64,000 nucleotides of DNA from Carcharhinus longimanus. Taxonomy: Eukaryota. The stretch spans positions 75,448,324-75,512,323 of the forward strand of contig JASCQW010000027.1 in NCBI GenBank assembly GCA_030264375.1, read 5' to 3'. A program made the position numbers and the translations under genes. Below are positions 12,031 through 26,109 of the stretch, piece after piece (position 1 is the first letter of the stretch; the number at the start of each line of letters is the position of its first letter). The notes below the pieces were generated by a model, which did not search any database, was not told where the DNA came from, and was given only the letters and a program-made list of their open reading frames with translations.

Positions 12031-15000
12031 AATATTATGCCATATTTTGTTTATGTGTTATGTTGGATTGTGTCCTGTCATGTTGTCAAGACAATAAAAG
12101 GCCATCACACCCATATACATTTACCACCCCACTTTGTGCCAGACTAATTCTATATGACAATTTCTCCTGATTCGCTCACTTCCAGGAAGAGACCAAACAA
12201 AGCACAGAAACCAGTCACCCCATTCAGGGGAATGTTATCAAATATTCCAATTTTATCTCATAAAAGCTAATCGTTGTCTCAGAGTAATTTTATCATGGGT
12301 ACAGATGTTATCATTGCAGTCAAGTCTAGAATGAGTAGAGGAAGTTCCCTAGGTTTGGAAGTAGAATCTATACAGAAGAAAAACACATTCCTTGTAATAG
12401 CTTCATTTGGTAACTCAAAAATTGTCAAAAAGTAACACTACAACATTTTTTAGTGCCATTCACATTTTGCAGTTGCTCTTGGTAAATGTTCACTGTGGTT
12501 TATCGCAGTTCATTCCGAGTATTATAGTAATTCCATATAAGCAGGTTGGTTGTAATCCCCATGATGACTGACACAATTTTGCCCCAGGAAATTAAGCTTT
12601 CTCGTCCTCACCACCAAATTATCATATCACAAGAGCTGCCATGTTGCATTTTTCATAATTTTATATTCCTCGTGAGATTGCGTGAAAATTGTGACAAGCC
12701 TGAGGCATCCCTCAGACATCCAGAAATTTTAACCAGTGGCTGGAAATTATCTCCTCTCCCCAACCCAGAAGACAACAACAATATCATCACCTTTTCCAGT
12801 GAAATAACCCAAGCCACAAACAGAATAGTTTATATGGGGAAAAAATGTTTTTTCCTGCACTTATATCAACTTTATCGATGCCTGGCGTCTGTGGGCTGAT
12901 AACTTAAGATGCAAGACATTTGAGGTCTGGTGACTTTTAAAAAGAAAATATTGCTGATTCTTTGGATGTGGGTGCGATTGCAGTGCTGTATTTATTTTCA
13001 ATCTCTGTTTGAGCTCAGAAGTTGGTGTTAGGTTTTCTTTTCAACTGCTGCAGCCCTTGTGGTGATGATAGTCCATTGTAAGTATTAGGTAATGGATTTT
13101 AGGATTTTTACCCAGCAGCAATGATGGCACAGCGGTATAGGTTCAAGTTGGGATGGCGTGAGACTCAGAAGGGAACTTAGAGTTGAATATAGTTGTATAA
13201 CATGAATGCTGTGGTCATTCTTGGTGGTAGAGGACAAGGAGTTTCGAGGAGCTCTTAAAGTACTCTGGTGAGTTGCTGCTTTGCATCTATCATACACACA
13301 TCAGCTACCATCTGCTGATTCATACTTTCAGATACATACTTTTAATTGAATGGAAAATAGACGGTGGGTCTTCAGAGCATGTGTTCTGTATGATAGTACC
13401 CCCACCATGTATTCAAATGACATTAAGCCTGGCTTTGCATTTTACTTTAATTTAAATTTTGCTTTAACTGTTCAGCCCAGGCTTCTAGCCCTCTCAACCT
13501 TTGGCAATGCTGTTTCTGATCTAAGCTCGGTGGTAAACTAGTGGGACAAAATATTTTTACAAGTGTTAAATAGATATCTCGTGGCAAAGTTAACACCCAA
13601 TATTGCAGTGCACAGAAGAATTTGTTGCCGGATGTTGATTACAATGTTAATTCAACATTAAATTAATATATGCTCAGGGTCAAAAAATGGGAGATGCAGT
13701 AGGTCACGTTTCTTTGAAGACTATTCCTGATAGCTGAACAGAAGGAGACAGTTTTTAACCTTATCTGCCAGTGTACATCAGAAAGACTGTTAAAATTTCA
13801 CAGATAACTTGCCAGAAAACCACCTAGATTTGAGTATTCTGGTCAAGAAATAGACCCTTCCAATGAAGTTGTCATGGCCTTACTGTACTGCACAGCTGGT
13901 AAGAAACTAAAAGGAGTCAGTGGTTTATGCCAGGCTTAAATTTTTGGTTGAAGGAGTAGGTCACCCTCTCCAAGTGGTCTTACATGGAGACTTCCAGTCT
14001 GTCTGCCTTCTAGGTTTGGGGGGGCTCACCTGGGGTCGGGGGGGGGGGAGGGGGGGGCGGTGGGAGATGGAATGAGTTGTTCCTTATNNNNNNNNNNNNN
14101 NNNNNNNNNNNNNNNNNNNNNNNNNNNNNNNNNNNNNNNNNNNNNNNNNNNNNNNNNNNNNNNNNNNNNNNNNNNNNNNNNNNNNNNAAAAGTGTATGCA
14201 GAAAACTACATCCGGCATCAGTGAGATAGTCCTGGTCCTTCTCTCTGTCCGGGTCATTCTTTCTTCATCCAGGGTGGGGTGTTAGTATAGATTCTGATTC
14301 ATCATAGTTAATCATATAGGGTTTCCCCTGTCTTGTCAGAAGGCGGAGATACCCTGTTAATGGATTTCTTGATGATTCTTCTCCTTGTTCGTGGGGTTTC
14401 CTTGATGGAAAATGGTTTAAGTTTTCCAGGAATGGGGAGCCTGATCAGTGCCTCAGATATGGCTGGAGAGGAGGGAGTTTTGTTGTGTTGTGAGCCTTGG
14501 CAAGGTATACACATCCTTTGGCTTACTCATACGTGAGAGCCTACATTGACATGCCACATCCTGTACCAACAGTGGTATCATGGTTTTCCCATTTTCCAAA
14601 CTATCTTTTCATTGCTTAGAGGCCCTGGGATATTGAATTAGGCCCCGATTGGTCCTGTATATCCCATAGGAGATCCCATATGTCTCTGGTATCCAGGGAG
14701 GACACTGGGGCCATGTATCCTGTTATTCAGAGATTCCCCACTCTTTTTTGCATCCTTTCTTTGTCACCAACTACAACGATTGCAATAATTGGAATCGTTT
14801 GTGTGAATATACGCTTGTCCTTTCTCTATGTTTATGTGGTACAATGGTCACTTTGTAGTATATTTTGGGAATTTGTTGTGCTTTGTGGCAAATGGAAAAT
14901 GTCTACTAGAAATACTCTTAAGAACAAAAGGATGGCATGGACTTGAACTTCAACAAAACAGTTGACTTTTGCCATGTTTAGTTTAATTATTGTGGTCATA

Positions 15001-16005
15001 TAGGCAAGGCTTCATGTTTGGGCTTTCCTCAGTTGGCTTCTTGCACAGGTAGGAATGCAAACAGTAATAGCTTCCCAAGCTTATAAATAGCAGCAAACCT
15101 GCAATTAGCTTTGAAAGGAGGTGGTTAGGGTGTGTGTCTAATTTTGGAATCAGCACATCATGATATATTTTGAACTTTTTTGGCATGAAAAGTTAGCGAA
15201 ATTGAAAGCAAAATCCCTGAAGCTATATTTACAAAGGAAGCTTTTTCTGGGTTAATGCCCTGCCATTCTGGCAGGTTAATGCCCTGCCATTCTGGGTTAC
15301 CTTGGTGCCGTGAGTATCAGCAAACAGGGCACATTCCATTGAAGATAACCCCTTTGAGTTTTCCTCCCATTTAATTTATTTGCATAGTTGTCCCACTATG
15401 AATTGCACTTTGTATAATCCCATCAAACAAGGTGATAATTTCAATTAAGGTATTTAGTTTATGAATCTTATTAGGATTATGTACTGAAAATTATGTAAGG
15501 ACAATGACTTTTACATTAAAGCAAAATCTTGGGTGTTCATGTTTCATAAGTGCCTGTTTTAATTCCCTTAATGTTTTTTCTGATTGCAATAGTACTGAGG
15601 CAGAGTGAGGAGACACCAAATATTAACACATTATGCTGAATGTTTTCAAACCCCGTTTATGACTTACTGTTGCTCAGTTTAGTGACTAGCTTGGCCATGA
15701 TGGACGGACTATGACCAGCCTTGTGGAGTCAGCTTTGGAGGCAGTGGCATTGAGAAATTTTCAAAATCAGGCTTCAGGTTGGCTTCCTGACATGTTTGCT
15801 GACATTGCACATTTTTGACAGAGGTTAGTTTAAAGCAGCAGAGGATACCTGCATGGCAGTGGCAGGAAGTCAATTATGGCTTCACCTTGGGCCAAGATGT
15901 TGATTATATTTTCGTGCTTATGGATGGGAGCCCTGCTAAGCCCAACGGCCTTTAGCAATTTAGAGGTGGCCTCATAATGGTGGACCAGATGGTCACTAAT
16001 GTCTC

Positions 16006-16415
16006 CTCATTGAATGAGCCGCAAGAATGTAAAGGTCATCACTATGACCATAATTGCTCCTGATGAAGGTTTTCTCCACCACACCATTGGCTCTAAAAGC
16101 TGTAGGCCTTCCTTATTTTTTATAAGTTTTTAAAAGTTTTATAAGTGGTGGAGAAAATCTTCATCAGGAATGACTGTGGTCATAGCTATGACCTTTACAT
16201 TCTTGCAGCTCATTCAATGAGCCACACTCTAGCCAGAGTGCCAGGTGAGAGAGCACCTGGGGGCCAGGTAAGGGAGCACCTGGGTGCCTCAGAATAGAGG
16301 TGTTCTCAGAAGCCTGGTAAACTTTTGAAAAATAAGGAAGGCCTACAGCTCTTGGAGCCAATGCTGTGGTGGAGAAAACCTTCAGCAGGAATGATTATGG
16401 TCATAGCTATGACCT
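16006..16415. repeat. Inverted triplication (A-B, A', B'-A')
   Basis: 16006-16082 is inverted at 16145-16221, and 16044-16128 is inverted again at about 16321-16415. Confidence 0.9.
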
Positions 16416-16719
16416 GGCTAAGTGACATCCACCTCTCCTCATGGGACTGCCATTTGTCCTGTGCTGTGTACTCCTATTGGGCCTCCCATCTCAGGAACCC
16501 ATGTGACATCCTTAATTGGATGGCAAACCTGTAGATGACTTCTTAACTTGTTGTGTCCCATTGGTTTAACCAGAGAATATACTGCAGAATTAATTGGTCC
16601 TGCACCTGAAAATCTTTAATGTTGATAAAATTCTGCTGATGTGATCCATCTATTGCCATATTACAAACCTGACCCTACCATGTGATTTATGTGCTAATTC
16701 ACAAAACGTTGCTCCCTTT

Positions 16720-16900
16720 GGTTGTTTCGCTCCCTTTTTGAGAGAGAGAGCTGACTGGTGGTGATTTAACCTGAGCGTCGCCACATCTCAGGCAAGGGCA
16801 AGGTTGAGGAGGCAGGGCCTTTATGGATAACTTCAGCTGGTATGGGAATTGAATCTGCAATGTTGGCATTGCTCTGCATCGCAAACCAGCTGTCCAGCTA
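16720..16900 (-). mobile_element. tRNA-derived SINE, second family
   Basis: Reverse strand: tagctggacagctggtttgcgatgcagag...gcagattcaattcccataccagctgaag, with A/B-box-like motifs. Confidence 0.6.
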
Positions 16901-18499
16901 AAAATTAAGCCTCTAATGAGCTGACGGTCATTTTATGGGATCTGCATGTAAATCAGCCAATTAAAGGATTGGAAAGGAAAGTCAAGACAATTTTTCTAAT
17001 GTTAGACACATCATTGAAACATTTTGCTTCCCAGCTTCTTACTGTACGTAAATGATTCAACCATTATCTGTATCCAGTGTAGATTTATGAGATCACCACG
17101 ATGAAATTAGCAAGTAAGTTCAACCAAGCTCAAGTGCCTTTCTCTTTTGATTTTGAAGGACAATCAGATTTACTGAGACAGATGATTTGTGATTGAATTA
17201 CCCATAGATGTCAACATCAATTTTTAAAATTCCCTGACTTCTCAACTATCCATTTCTCCCACTTCTTTAAAGCAAGAGTTTAGTTATTTTCAAAAGGCAT
17301 CTAAAGCAATCAAACCCTGAATTTCGCACAGCTTAATATTGCCTCAATTTGATCTGTCTGATTAGCTCAAATTTCTGACCCAGACTTTGTCAGTACACAA
17401 AAAAAAGGTGCTCTGTTATTTCTGATGTAGCATCACAAGCAAAGGACACTGATACTCCAAATCCAAGGTCATGTAATCAATACACCCGAGGTAAAGCCGA
17501 TGAACATGTTTGTTGAACACACACTGTTTTTGCTTGAATCAGCCAAAAAGGTACAATAAAAGACATGAATATGGAATGCAATTAAATAGCTCACTAAAGT
17601 GGTCCTTACGGATTGTCAGCGATGCAATTGAAAAAAATTAATTAGAACTATAGGCATTTTGTTTGCTACAAAGTTATTTTTCTCCCTTACCTTTCTTTGC
17701 TGTTATTTACATTCTGTACTTTATTTGTTTCTTTTTACCTTGTTTTTGGCTTTCGGCTTCATTCCTCCGTTATTTTGTTTGTCATTCTTAACCCTTCTGT
17801 TTTGGTATTTAAGATTATTATTTTGTTGCCTTGATTTTGTGTTGCTTATGAATCTGATGAAACAGGAGTTTGCATTTAGAATGGCGATTGAGCCGTTTAG
17901 CCTGGGATGCAGATTTCCTGGTGATATCTGCAGTTACCTTGGTGATGACTGTAGTCTACAGTGACAGTTTGTGGGAACTATCAAGGTTCCGTAACAAGTA
18001 CATTGTCTGTTGGAGTAAGAGAAGCTTTGGATGAGATGGGAGAAAAGAAAATCTGTAGAATGGTTTGGGAAAGTGTATGACTGTTGAAAGAAATATCAAC
18101 ACTCAGGCAGGTAAGAAAGAGGTGCAGCTGCAGAGACAGAATAAAATATCACCAGTGGGGACTTGGTGTAAGTCAGAAGCTGGAAGTAGAAAAGCACAAA
18201 AGCTTTGAGATACAGGATCCTCTGAGGGAAGAACTACTACCTATAATTGTGACTAGGAATTTACCCCTTGGCAATGGCAGGGACATTAGGCACAGTCTTG
18301 GCCAGGTTAGTGGAGTGGACTTAGGCAAAAAGCAAGCTGCATTGCTCATTGGAGAATAAAAGAATTTGACCTGTGTTAATAGCTTCATTGATTCGGGAAG
18401 TAGTCATGCAATTTCCATGGATAAATCAAAAGACTAGATACATAATGGAGGCAGCGATCACATGATTTCCACACACCTTTCACAAAATAATTATCTATG

Positions 18500-20320
18500 T
18501 GGAAGGCCATTCAGCCCACTAGTGACATCCTGCACCAGTCCCACTTCCTGTAGTATCCAGTTGTCTTTGAAATTATTCCAGATGTTTTCTCCTCCATTCC
18601 ACAAATTGAACACACTTCAGTGAGCAACGATCTCCTGCCAGAAGTTATCTATTGTTAGTTTCAATATGTGTCTGATATTTCTACTTAGACAACTGAATAT
18701 AAAGTAATATTCAGCATTGACTCTATTAAGGCTATTAACAATCTTTTAAATATCTGTTGGATTATCTCTCAGTCACCTCCTTTCTTGGCTGAAAATCCAG
18801 CTTTTCTTCAGCGTTCAGGCACTGGGGATTAGTGTGGTCACTCATCTCTGCATTACCTCCAGCATTTGAATATCTCTGCTATTTCTCCGTAGTCCAAGTT
18901 AGATGTAATATTCAAGCTGTGGTCTATCCAGCTACAAATTATAACATTTGATCATTACCTCCTCTGACTTTTACTCTGCTGTTTTGGCTGTGACTCAACA
19001 TCTTATTGGCTTTGTTCAGTGCTGCTCGCTATTGGTTGGACAAATTTGGCATAGAATCTGCTGGGACTCATCGGACTGTGAGCCAGATGCACACCATTGG
19101 TGAAACAATTGTTTATTTTTCTTTCCTGTGTATAGCACGTTACACTTTTCTCATTAAATTTCATCTGCTATTGTTCTGTCAATTTGGATATTTTATCCCA
19201 ACTCATTCTGCCTCCTCTAGTTCCATTGTTTCTCCTGGCTTGGTTTCAGCTGCAAGCTGGAATGAGTTTCTAACTCTAGACCATTTGTATGGTTTAGAAA
19301 TAGTAATAGTCCCAGCTCTAAGTCCCAGGGCACTGTAGTTACTATTCCTTCAGTTCCAACGTAACTCCTCTAAAGAGTATTTATTCATTGTTGGTTATCC
19401 ATCGTACATTCCCAGAATTTACTGTGAATCGCCATAACTTTCAATTTAGTTAACAGCTTTTCATGATGTTAACCCAACCATAAAGATAAACCTCTCCCTC
19501 CTTGGACTGCTAACATTTTGAGTGTATTAAAAGTTACTTGGTTGTCTTTTTTTGTAGCTTTCAATTTCATTGAACCCCTTTTTGAAGTTCAGGAGCCTAA
19601 CTCATTGGGACAGTAATTGTTTGCTTGGATTGTCAGTTCCTCGAAGAAATCAAGGTGCTGGTTAATCAGGGTTTTTCACCTTTTCAATCCAGGCTAACTG
19701 CTATTAACTTGGTTATTGTTATGACGACCATCCTCAAGTTTATTCCCAAAAACCAATGCATCACTCTGTTGAACTTTTAGTTCTTTTTTTATATTCATCC
19801 CATTGGAATACTTTCACTGCCTTGCAGCTGGATTGGTGCAGGATAAGTTACTTCTTAACTCACTTTTACTATGTTTGTGAATCCTTCGAGCATCATCTTT
19901 ACCTGCTCTGGAGTTTTAGTTTTGAGGACGTATTTGTCCTGAATGTTGAACATTGTAACTGGGAATTCCCCTCATGGGTCTCCAAGCTAATAAGTTCCCT
20001 GAGAGGTCAGAAACTCTGTTTCCAGATCTAGCCAAGCTTTCTGTCAGTCTATTGCTGAAGTTGTCCATTGGGAAAACCCCTAATGCTTCAAAGCAAATTC
20101 CCAGTGCGTATCTTTACAGTCATTCCATTAGCTTTTTACTGAGTGTTGTTCAACAACCTACTTGGTTTATTTTCATTTGCCCCCTTCATTTTGCTGAATT
20201 ATAAAGTTATGTTGTTGACTTCTTCAATATTTCTGATTACCAGGGCAGGTTAGATTATCACTTTATGGGTGCCACAATTTCTATATTTTGTACGTTTTCA
20301 GAGTTACTGAACTCATTAAC
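18500..20320 (-). mobile_element. Long, heavily decayed CR1 LINE
   Basis: 3' tail at 18500 (gaaggccattcagccca) and reverse-strand RT-like patches (ccagcatttgaatatc...gtaatattcaagctgtggtcta; tcaatccaggctaactg). Confidence 0.6.
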
Positions 20321-20869
20321 TAATATCAGATCAAGTTGAGCATTGCCTCTTGTATCATCCTCGATACACTGGATCACAAAAAAAGCAGACATCCAACCCA
20401 AAGCAGGATTTCTTTGGGCGGTGGGGTTTTACAAAGCCAGTGGAGAATGTATCGCCACAAGTGTGGACAGTCTATGGAATATTATTGTGCTGGAAGTGGG
20501 ACTTCCACCCTTCACACAGGCCCATCTGATTGGATCGGGGGGCTTGCAGTNNNNNNNNNNNNNNNNNNNNNNNNNNNNNNNNNNNNNNNNNNNNNNNNNN
20601 NNNNNNNNNNNNNNNNNNNNNNNNNNNNNNNNNNNNNNNNNNNNNNNNNNNNNNNNNNNNNNNNNNNNNNNNNNNNNNNNNNNNNNNNNNNNNNNNNNNN
20701 NNNNNNNNNNNNNNNNNNNNNNNNNNNNNNNNNNNNNNNNNNNCACTGTTTTATCCTCAAAAGAGCAAATTGCCTCAATCTCTCAGAGGTGAGACATCCT
20801 GAATAGGTTAATCTGATGTCCAGGGGAAAATCTGAAATTAATTATTTAGATTGAAAAGCGCTGGCTACT

Positions 20870-21150
20870 ATAAGTTCAAGCAGGATGAGTGTATGGAGTC
20901 TTGATGTGAGCAAAAACCTATCATTGAAGATCTCAGCTGGAATATCATCAGGGCCGCTGGCTTTGTTGTTTTTCATCNNNNNNNNNNGTGGATTCCACCA
21001 CAGGGTCCTTGGGAATAATCTGAGGCGTATCACTTGCCTCTGTGGGTTCACAGTTGAGGAGTTGGTTTGGATTGAGTTTAACAGGTGCAGACACAGTGGG
21101 CTGAAGGGCCTCTTTTTGTGCTGTAAAACCCTATGACTAGTTGTTGGAAA
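20870..21150 (-). mobile_element. RTE-clade LINE ORF fragment
   Basis: Translation MKNNKASGPDDIPAEIF...LTSRLHTLIL matches the KAxGxDGIPAE motif that precedes LINE RT domains. Confidence 0.7.
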
Positions 21151-21564
21151 TGTTCTTTCTAGCATCGGCAGATAGCATTGTTATCCTTAGGAGAGACACC
21201 ACCCTGTGAGGAAAAAGTATTTTCCCATTTGACCTTGGTCTAGAAAGCCCAGTGGTTTCAAAAAAAGCCACGCCCCATTTTCCAGTTTATGTTTTAGCCG
21301 AGTATTCTAGGAGAGGAAAAAGAAAACGCGTCAATGACCAAGAGGAGTTTGCTAACAGTTGTTCAAAATGACGACAACTTGTCCATTAAGGTGCATCAGG
21401 CAGAGCAACTGCAAAAGAGGAAAAAAAAGGGAAACCTATACTCCAAACCCCACTATCTTATGGGACATGTTGGCCCATGTGTCCAAAAATCTGTGGGTCA
21501 AGAATCCATCCGTTCCATTTCCTGAAGACCCATTATACAAACTAGTAAATCTGAAAAGATGACA

Positions 21565-21700
21565 GGCGGGATTCTCCGGTCGCACGCACCCCAAGACCAA
21601 AGAGTCCTACCTTACCTCAACAGACCTATAAGTGGTCTGCAGAATTTTCTGTCTCGCCTGGTAGAATTCCTGTGGTGGGAGAGACGGGAGATTTTCAGCC
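21565..21700. mobile_element. Short MITE-like element
   Basis: Ends ggcggggattctcc...gggagattttcagcc; homologous to 45506-45630. Confidence 0.6.
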
Positions 21701-21964
21701 AACATATTTGAGAGACAGTCGATAAATTTAAACAACAGAATTTGTTTTTGGATTGTGTTTAATGCTTGTAATTGTTTTGAGAAGATATCTATACTTGCGA
21801 GCTTGACCTTTTTGAGTGAACTAGAATGAGCTGACAGAACTTCTAATGTTAATCTATCCTTAACTTAAAAAGAGCAAAGTCAATGTAAAAGCCACTGAGA
21901 CTTCCTGTGCTGAGGGTATTCCTTTGTTCCATTTCCATGAATCTGCTGCATCTCCACCTGAGAA

Positions 21965-22525
21965 ATTGTTTTTAATTTGTTTGGGATGTAAACATTATCG
22001 CAAGGCCAGCATTTATTGCCCATCCCTAAATGTCCTTGAAAAGTTGGTAGTAAGTCACTTTCTTAAACCATTGCAAGTCCATGTGGTCTTGATAGACTAC
22101 GGTGCTGTTGGCGAGGGACTTCAATGATTTTGACTTTGGATGGTAAAAGAAAGTTGACATAGTTCCAAGACACGATAATGAGTGATGTGAAGGGGAAATT
22201 GCAGTTAGTGGTGTTCCCATGCATCTGTTGCCCTGTTCCTTCTGGGTGGTAGAAGTCAAAGGTTTGGGAGTTACTGTTGAAGGAGCCTTGGTGAGTTGCC
22301 ACAGTACAACTTGTAGATGGTGCACACTGCTGCCACTGCATGTTATTGGTGCTGGACAGCGTGAATGTTGAACGTGGTGGATTGGATGCTGAATAAGCAG
22401 GCTGACTTGTTTTGGATGATGTCAAGCCTCTTGAGTGTTGTTGAGCTGCACTCATCCAGGCAGGTGGAGAGTATTTCATTATCCTCCTGACTTGGGTGTT
22501 GTTGATAGTGGACAAGCTCTGAGGA
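21965..22525 (-). mobile_element. LINE (CR1/L2 group) 3' end
   Basis: Reverse translation QVRRIMKYSPPAWMSAA / TTLKRLDIIQNKSACL; same family as 56100-56740. Confidence 0.8.
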
Positions 22526-23109
22526 ATCCAACATCTTATTTGAATGATGGCATCATCATTTGTATGGCTAGATGCCCTTCTGGCTGATGATTAACCTTTT
22601 GCTGAACCATCCATTGGAAGACAGACAGAAAACAGGAGCTTAGCAGTGAGCTTGAGAGACCTGAAGCTACCCTCTTGGTTGTTGGCATCAAGAGCATTTG
22701 GCTGCTGCTGCCCTTGCACCCTTCCATATGCTCTGCACCAGGGGTGTTTTGGCAGATTTATGCAGTCATTCTTCTGCTGCAGCATTCAGATACTAAATGC
22801 CAAGTGAGACAGAAGGCTGGGAAGCCTCCCAACCGAGAATACGTGGGGGAATTCCAGGGAATTTGTGGGACCCAGAAGCCCAGAGCTTCTGGTCTCTGGT
22901 TGTTGTACCCTGGAGATAGCCCAGAAAATGCACAGGGGATGGTCCCCATGCACTGTCTACTTGAGATTGCTCAGGAAGTTTCAACTCCTGTTGGACAATT
23001 CCCTTGCATCTGGAAGCCTTCAAAACTCTGAGTTAGAGTGATGGTTCCGAATCATTGAGCAGAAAAGTTGGAAGGATTAAAACCCTTGTAATTTCTGTGT
23101 AATATACGA

Positions 23110-23745
23110 CTGACCCTCCAATTTCCCATTGGACCCCATTTGACTACTCCCTCATTTACTGAACCAACAACTGCCCCAACCAGCCCATGATCACTGCAGC
23201 CCGCCAACCACCTGATTTCTCACCATTCCAACTAATCCTCATCTATCCAGCCTGGACTACCCACCCCTTTGCCACCTGACTACCCCCCACACTCTGAGTA
23301 CTGCTCCACTCCCAATCAGTGCAACAGCAATCACCCAACTACCCACCCCATCACTACCTGATTATTGCCCGACCGACCACCTGATCATTCAACTATCCCC
23401 AGCCCCCAACTAACCACAACATCCCAACCATCTGGTTGCCGCCCCTAATATAGCCCCACAGTTNNNNNNNNNNNNNNNNNNNNNNNNNNNNNNNNNNNNN
23501 NNNNNNNNNNNNNNNNNNNNNNNNNNNNNNNNNNNNNNNNNNNNNNNNNNNNNNNNNNNNNNNCAATTCCCCTCAAACCTCTACCACCTCCCTGGTTAAT
23601 CCCATGACTCTGATTACCCACCCAAACTCTCCCATCACTCCCATCCCATACTTCCTTAATTCCCCATCTCCCCACCCTGACTACCACCCATTCCTAACTA
23701 CCCCCCCCTATTACCAACCACCACCCTGACCCCACCTCTGCAACC
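23110..23745. repeat. C-rich low-complexity / degenerate tandem repeat (ctgactacccaccc-like unit) spanning a gap
   Basis: Recurrent cacctga(t/c)tacccacc motifs and strong C skew. Confidence 0.7.
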
Positions 23746-24870
23746 CAATAAATGGCCTTATCTTTGACTATTTCCCAGGTGAATCATTCTGAACATTAAG
23801 AATGGCTTTGGACCATCATTTCAATGTCTTGCTGAAATAGCGACTTAGCCGTAGCCTCTCGTCCCACCTATTGTATCGTTAAGATGAGTGAAGCATCTTT
23901 CAGCCAGAAAGAAATTTGGTAGTGAGCAACTTATAAAGTAATTTATAATCCATTTGAAAAATCCACTAGATTAAGACTTTATGTCGCCTCCTAGTTTGGG
24001 AGTTCCTTGAATAATTCAGAACCTTAAAATTTATTGTTAATCAATTATTATTTTCATGAGCCATACTCGTGTCTGAAAGTAAAATACAGACAGATTAAGA
24101 CAGAGGCAAATACCAAGTGCAGTTTAGGTAAGGATGGGAGAGAAAAACCTATAATTGACCTGTAAAAACTCACGGCAATGGCCTTAAAAAGTGTGAGGGT
24201 CTGAAGTTTGTGGCACTTCACTCTAGTGTGTCAGCTGCTGGTTTTAGATTGTGAAATACATGAAGACAATGCACAATGGGGGAGCTTTTCCTGGATCTCT
24301 GTCCAAGTACAACAAAACCCCTCAGCACCACAATTAACAGAGAGCTGCATATGCTGCCAACATGGTACACGCGCAGTTGTGCTGTTTCCTTCCGTGACAA
24401 CGGAGATCAGAATTCATATCACTGATACTTAGATAATGAAAAGAATAATGAATATTGTGCGTTCTTAAATTAAAACAATAGTTGTCATCCATCTGGCAAA
24501 TCTCTATGTAATTCCATCATTTTCTAGATATTAAAGCATCAATGTACTTTCATATGGAACAATTCAAAAACATATGCAGATCAGCTTGAAAGCCTTCAGG
24601 CGTTGAATATAAAAGCTTAAAATTCTGCATTTCACTATAGGTTATTTGTAAAATTCATACATAATCAGATGGTAAAGAATTTAATGTAATGCAGAGACAT
24701 ATAAAAGCAGCATCTATAAATACAGGTTTTTAGTGATTTGAATGCAATTGTAATGTTTGTATCCAAATTATTTAGCTTATAAACCCCCACAGAAGCTTTT
24801 ATTGAAAAGACAAAGTTTGAAGGCACTTTGACTCCAGCCAAAGACATCATTGATTTTCATAGTGTATCGG

Positions 24871-24903
24871 CAGCCATCTTACATGGCCATCTAGCGTTGC
24901 AGG
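24871..24903 (-). promoter_or_regulatory. Adjacent CTCF-like and YY1-like motifs
   Basis: Reverse complement ...ACGCTAGATGGCCATGT-AAGATGGCTG, in sequence with no recognisable repeat. Confidence 0.35.
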
Positions 24904-26109
24904 AGACACTGTTATTGGAGAAAAACAGGAGCAGGCCATTGCAAAGGAAGCTACCTGATTCTCCCTCCATTTCAGTTAATAGAAAGAAAGTGAAGTGAAC
25001 TGTTTTATGTGGGTGTGCGTTTTTTGATGTTCACTGCACCCAACTGATCCAGTTATCCTGAATGCAGACGCAAAGAATCTCCCCCTATTGCTCCAGTAAA
25101 TCAAGTATTTATATAATAAAATTCTTCACTCCTTCAAGAAAATTAGTTACTTGGCATTTATCCAGAGGGACGAAGGCCAATCTTCTGATTGCTGAGCTGA
25201 CTCTCATTCGTGTGGAATGTGTACGCATAGGCAAAGATCGTTGCACGATCTTTGAATTACCTGATTTACTCCGAGCCTCTTTTTTTCCCTTCAGGACATT
25301 AGATCAATCTTAAAATATTCTTGCATGAAATGTGCTAGAGCTTAATTAAGGGCCTGGAAATAATATGGATATGGATAAAGCCCTCTGTGGTAAGGTTTTC
25401 TGTTTTCCTTTCCTGGAATTCTCTGTGAGTTGAAGTAACCTGTGCGGATTGGGTGATGAATGAGAGGTCCTCTCTGGCCCTCAGAAGATGACTTCTTTTG
25501 GATGTGCTGGGACTTTTCATCCCAACATTTACATTGCTGTTGTTTTGCTCTGTGTTTTAGTCTGTCACCCAATTTAATCACTCCTGGATTTCTGATGTAT
25601 GCAATTTTGGAATTTCTGAGAGTTAAATTTTAGAATGTAGATTTCTGGCATTGGAGGTAGAGATGAAATATGAGGACCTGAGGAGAGATCAGAGACAGCT
25701 GTTTCACACCTGAGGTGATGGTCCTACCAAATATAGCTTTGTCTGCATATCCAGGAACAGCTACCTGGAATGCCTGAGAAAATCAACCATTGCAGTTGCC
25801 AATTCACCAGGGAAGCAGTGACAGTAATATGTTATATTTTTACACGTCAGCTACAGACAAGATTATCCACAAGGATAGTTCTACCAGTGGCTGTAAAGGT
25901 AACTGCGGCTGTGATTTTAATGCCTTCAGTTCATTCTAAGCTAGCGTAGGGACTGTATGTCTAATGAACCATGGTGCATACAATAGAGCTGATAGATGTG
26001 TTGTCCATCAGAGCTAACTCATTACTGTTCTCTCACATAAAGCAAGCAACAGCGTGAAAGGGACTGCATTTTTTTTCTGATGCCAGTATTCCACAAATTG
26101 TATTTTTTT

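Noticed and set aside
14012-14070. G-quadruplex-capable G-run cluster (also 35315-35350)
   Set aside because: Lies within or next to repeat-derived sequence and assembly gaps where homopolymers are unreliable. There is no evidence of function.
14190-14860. Possible decayed viral or retroelement ORF on the minus strand (CNRC and CIPC motifs, basic tract)
   Set aside because: Extending the frame upstream gives 4 stops in 102 codons, about what random sequence gives, and I recognise no family motif. A tBLASTx search would be needed.
17659-17964. Hydrophobic 101-aa membrane-protein-like ORF
   Set aside because: Produced by a T-rich low-complexity tract and has a non-ATG start.
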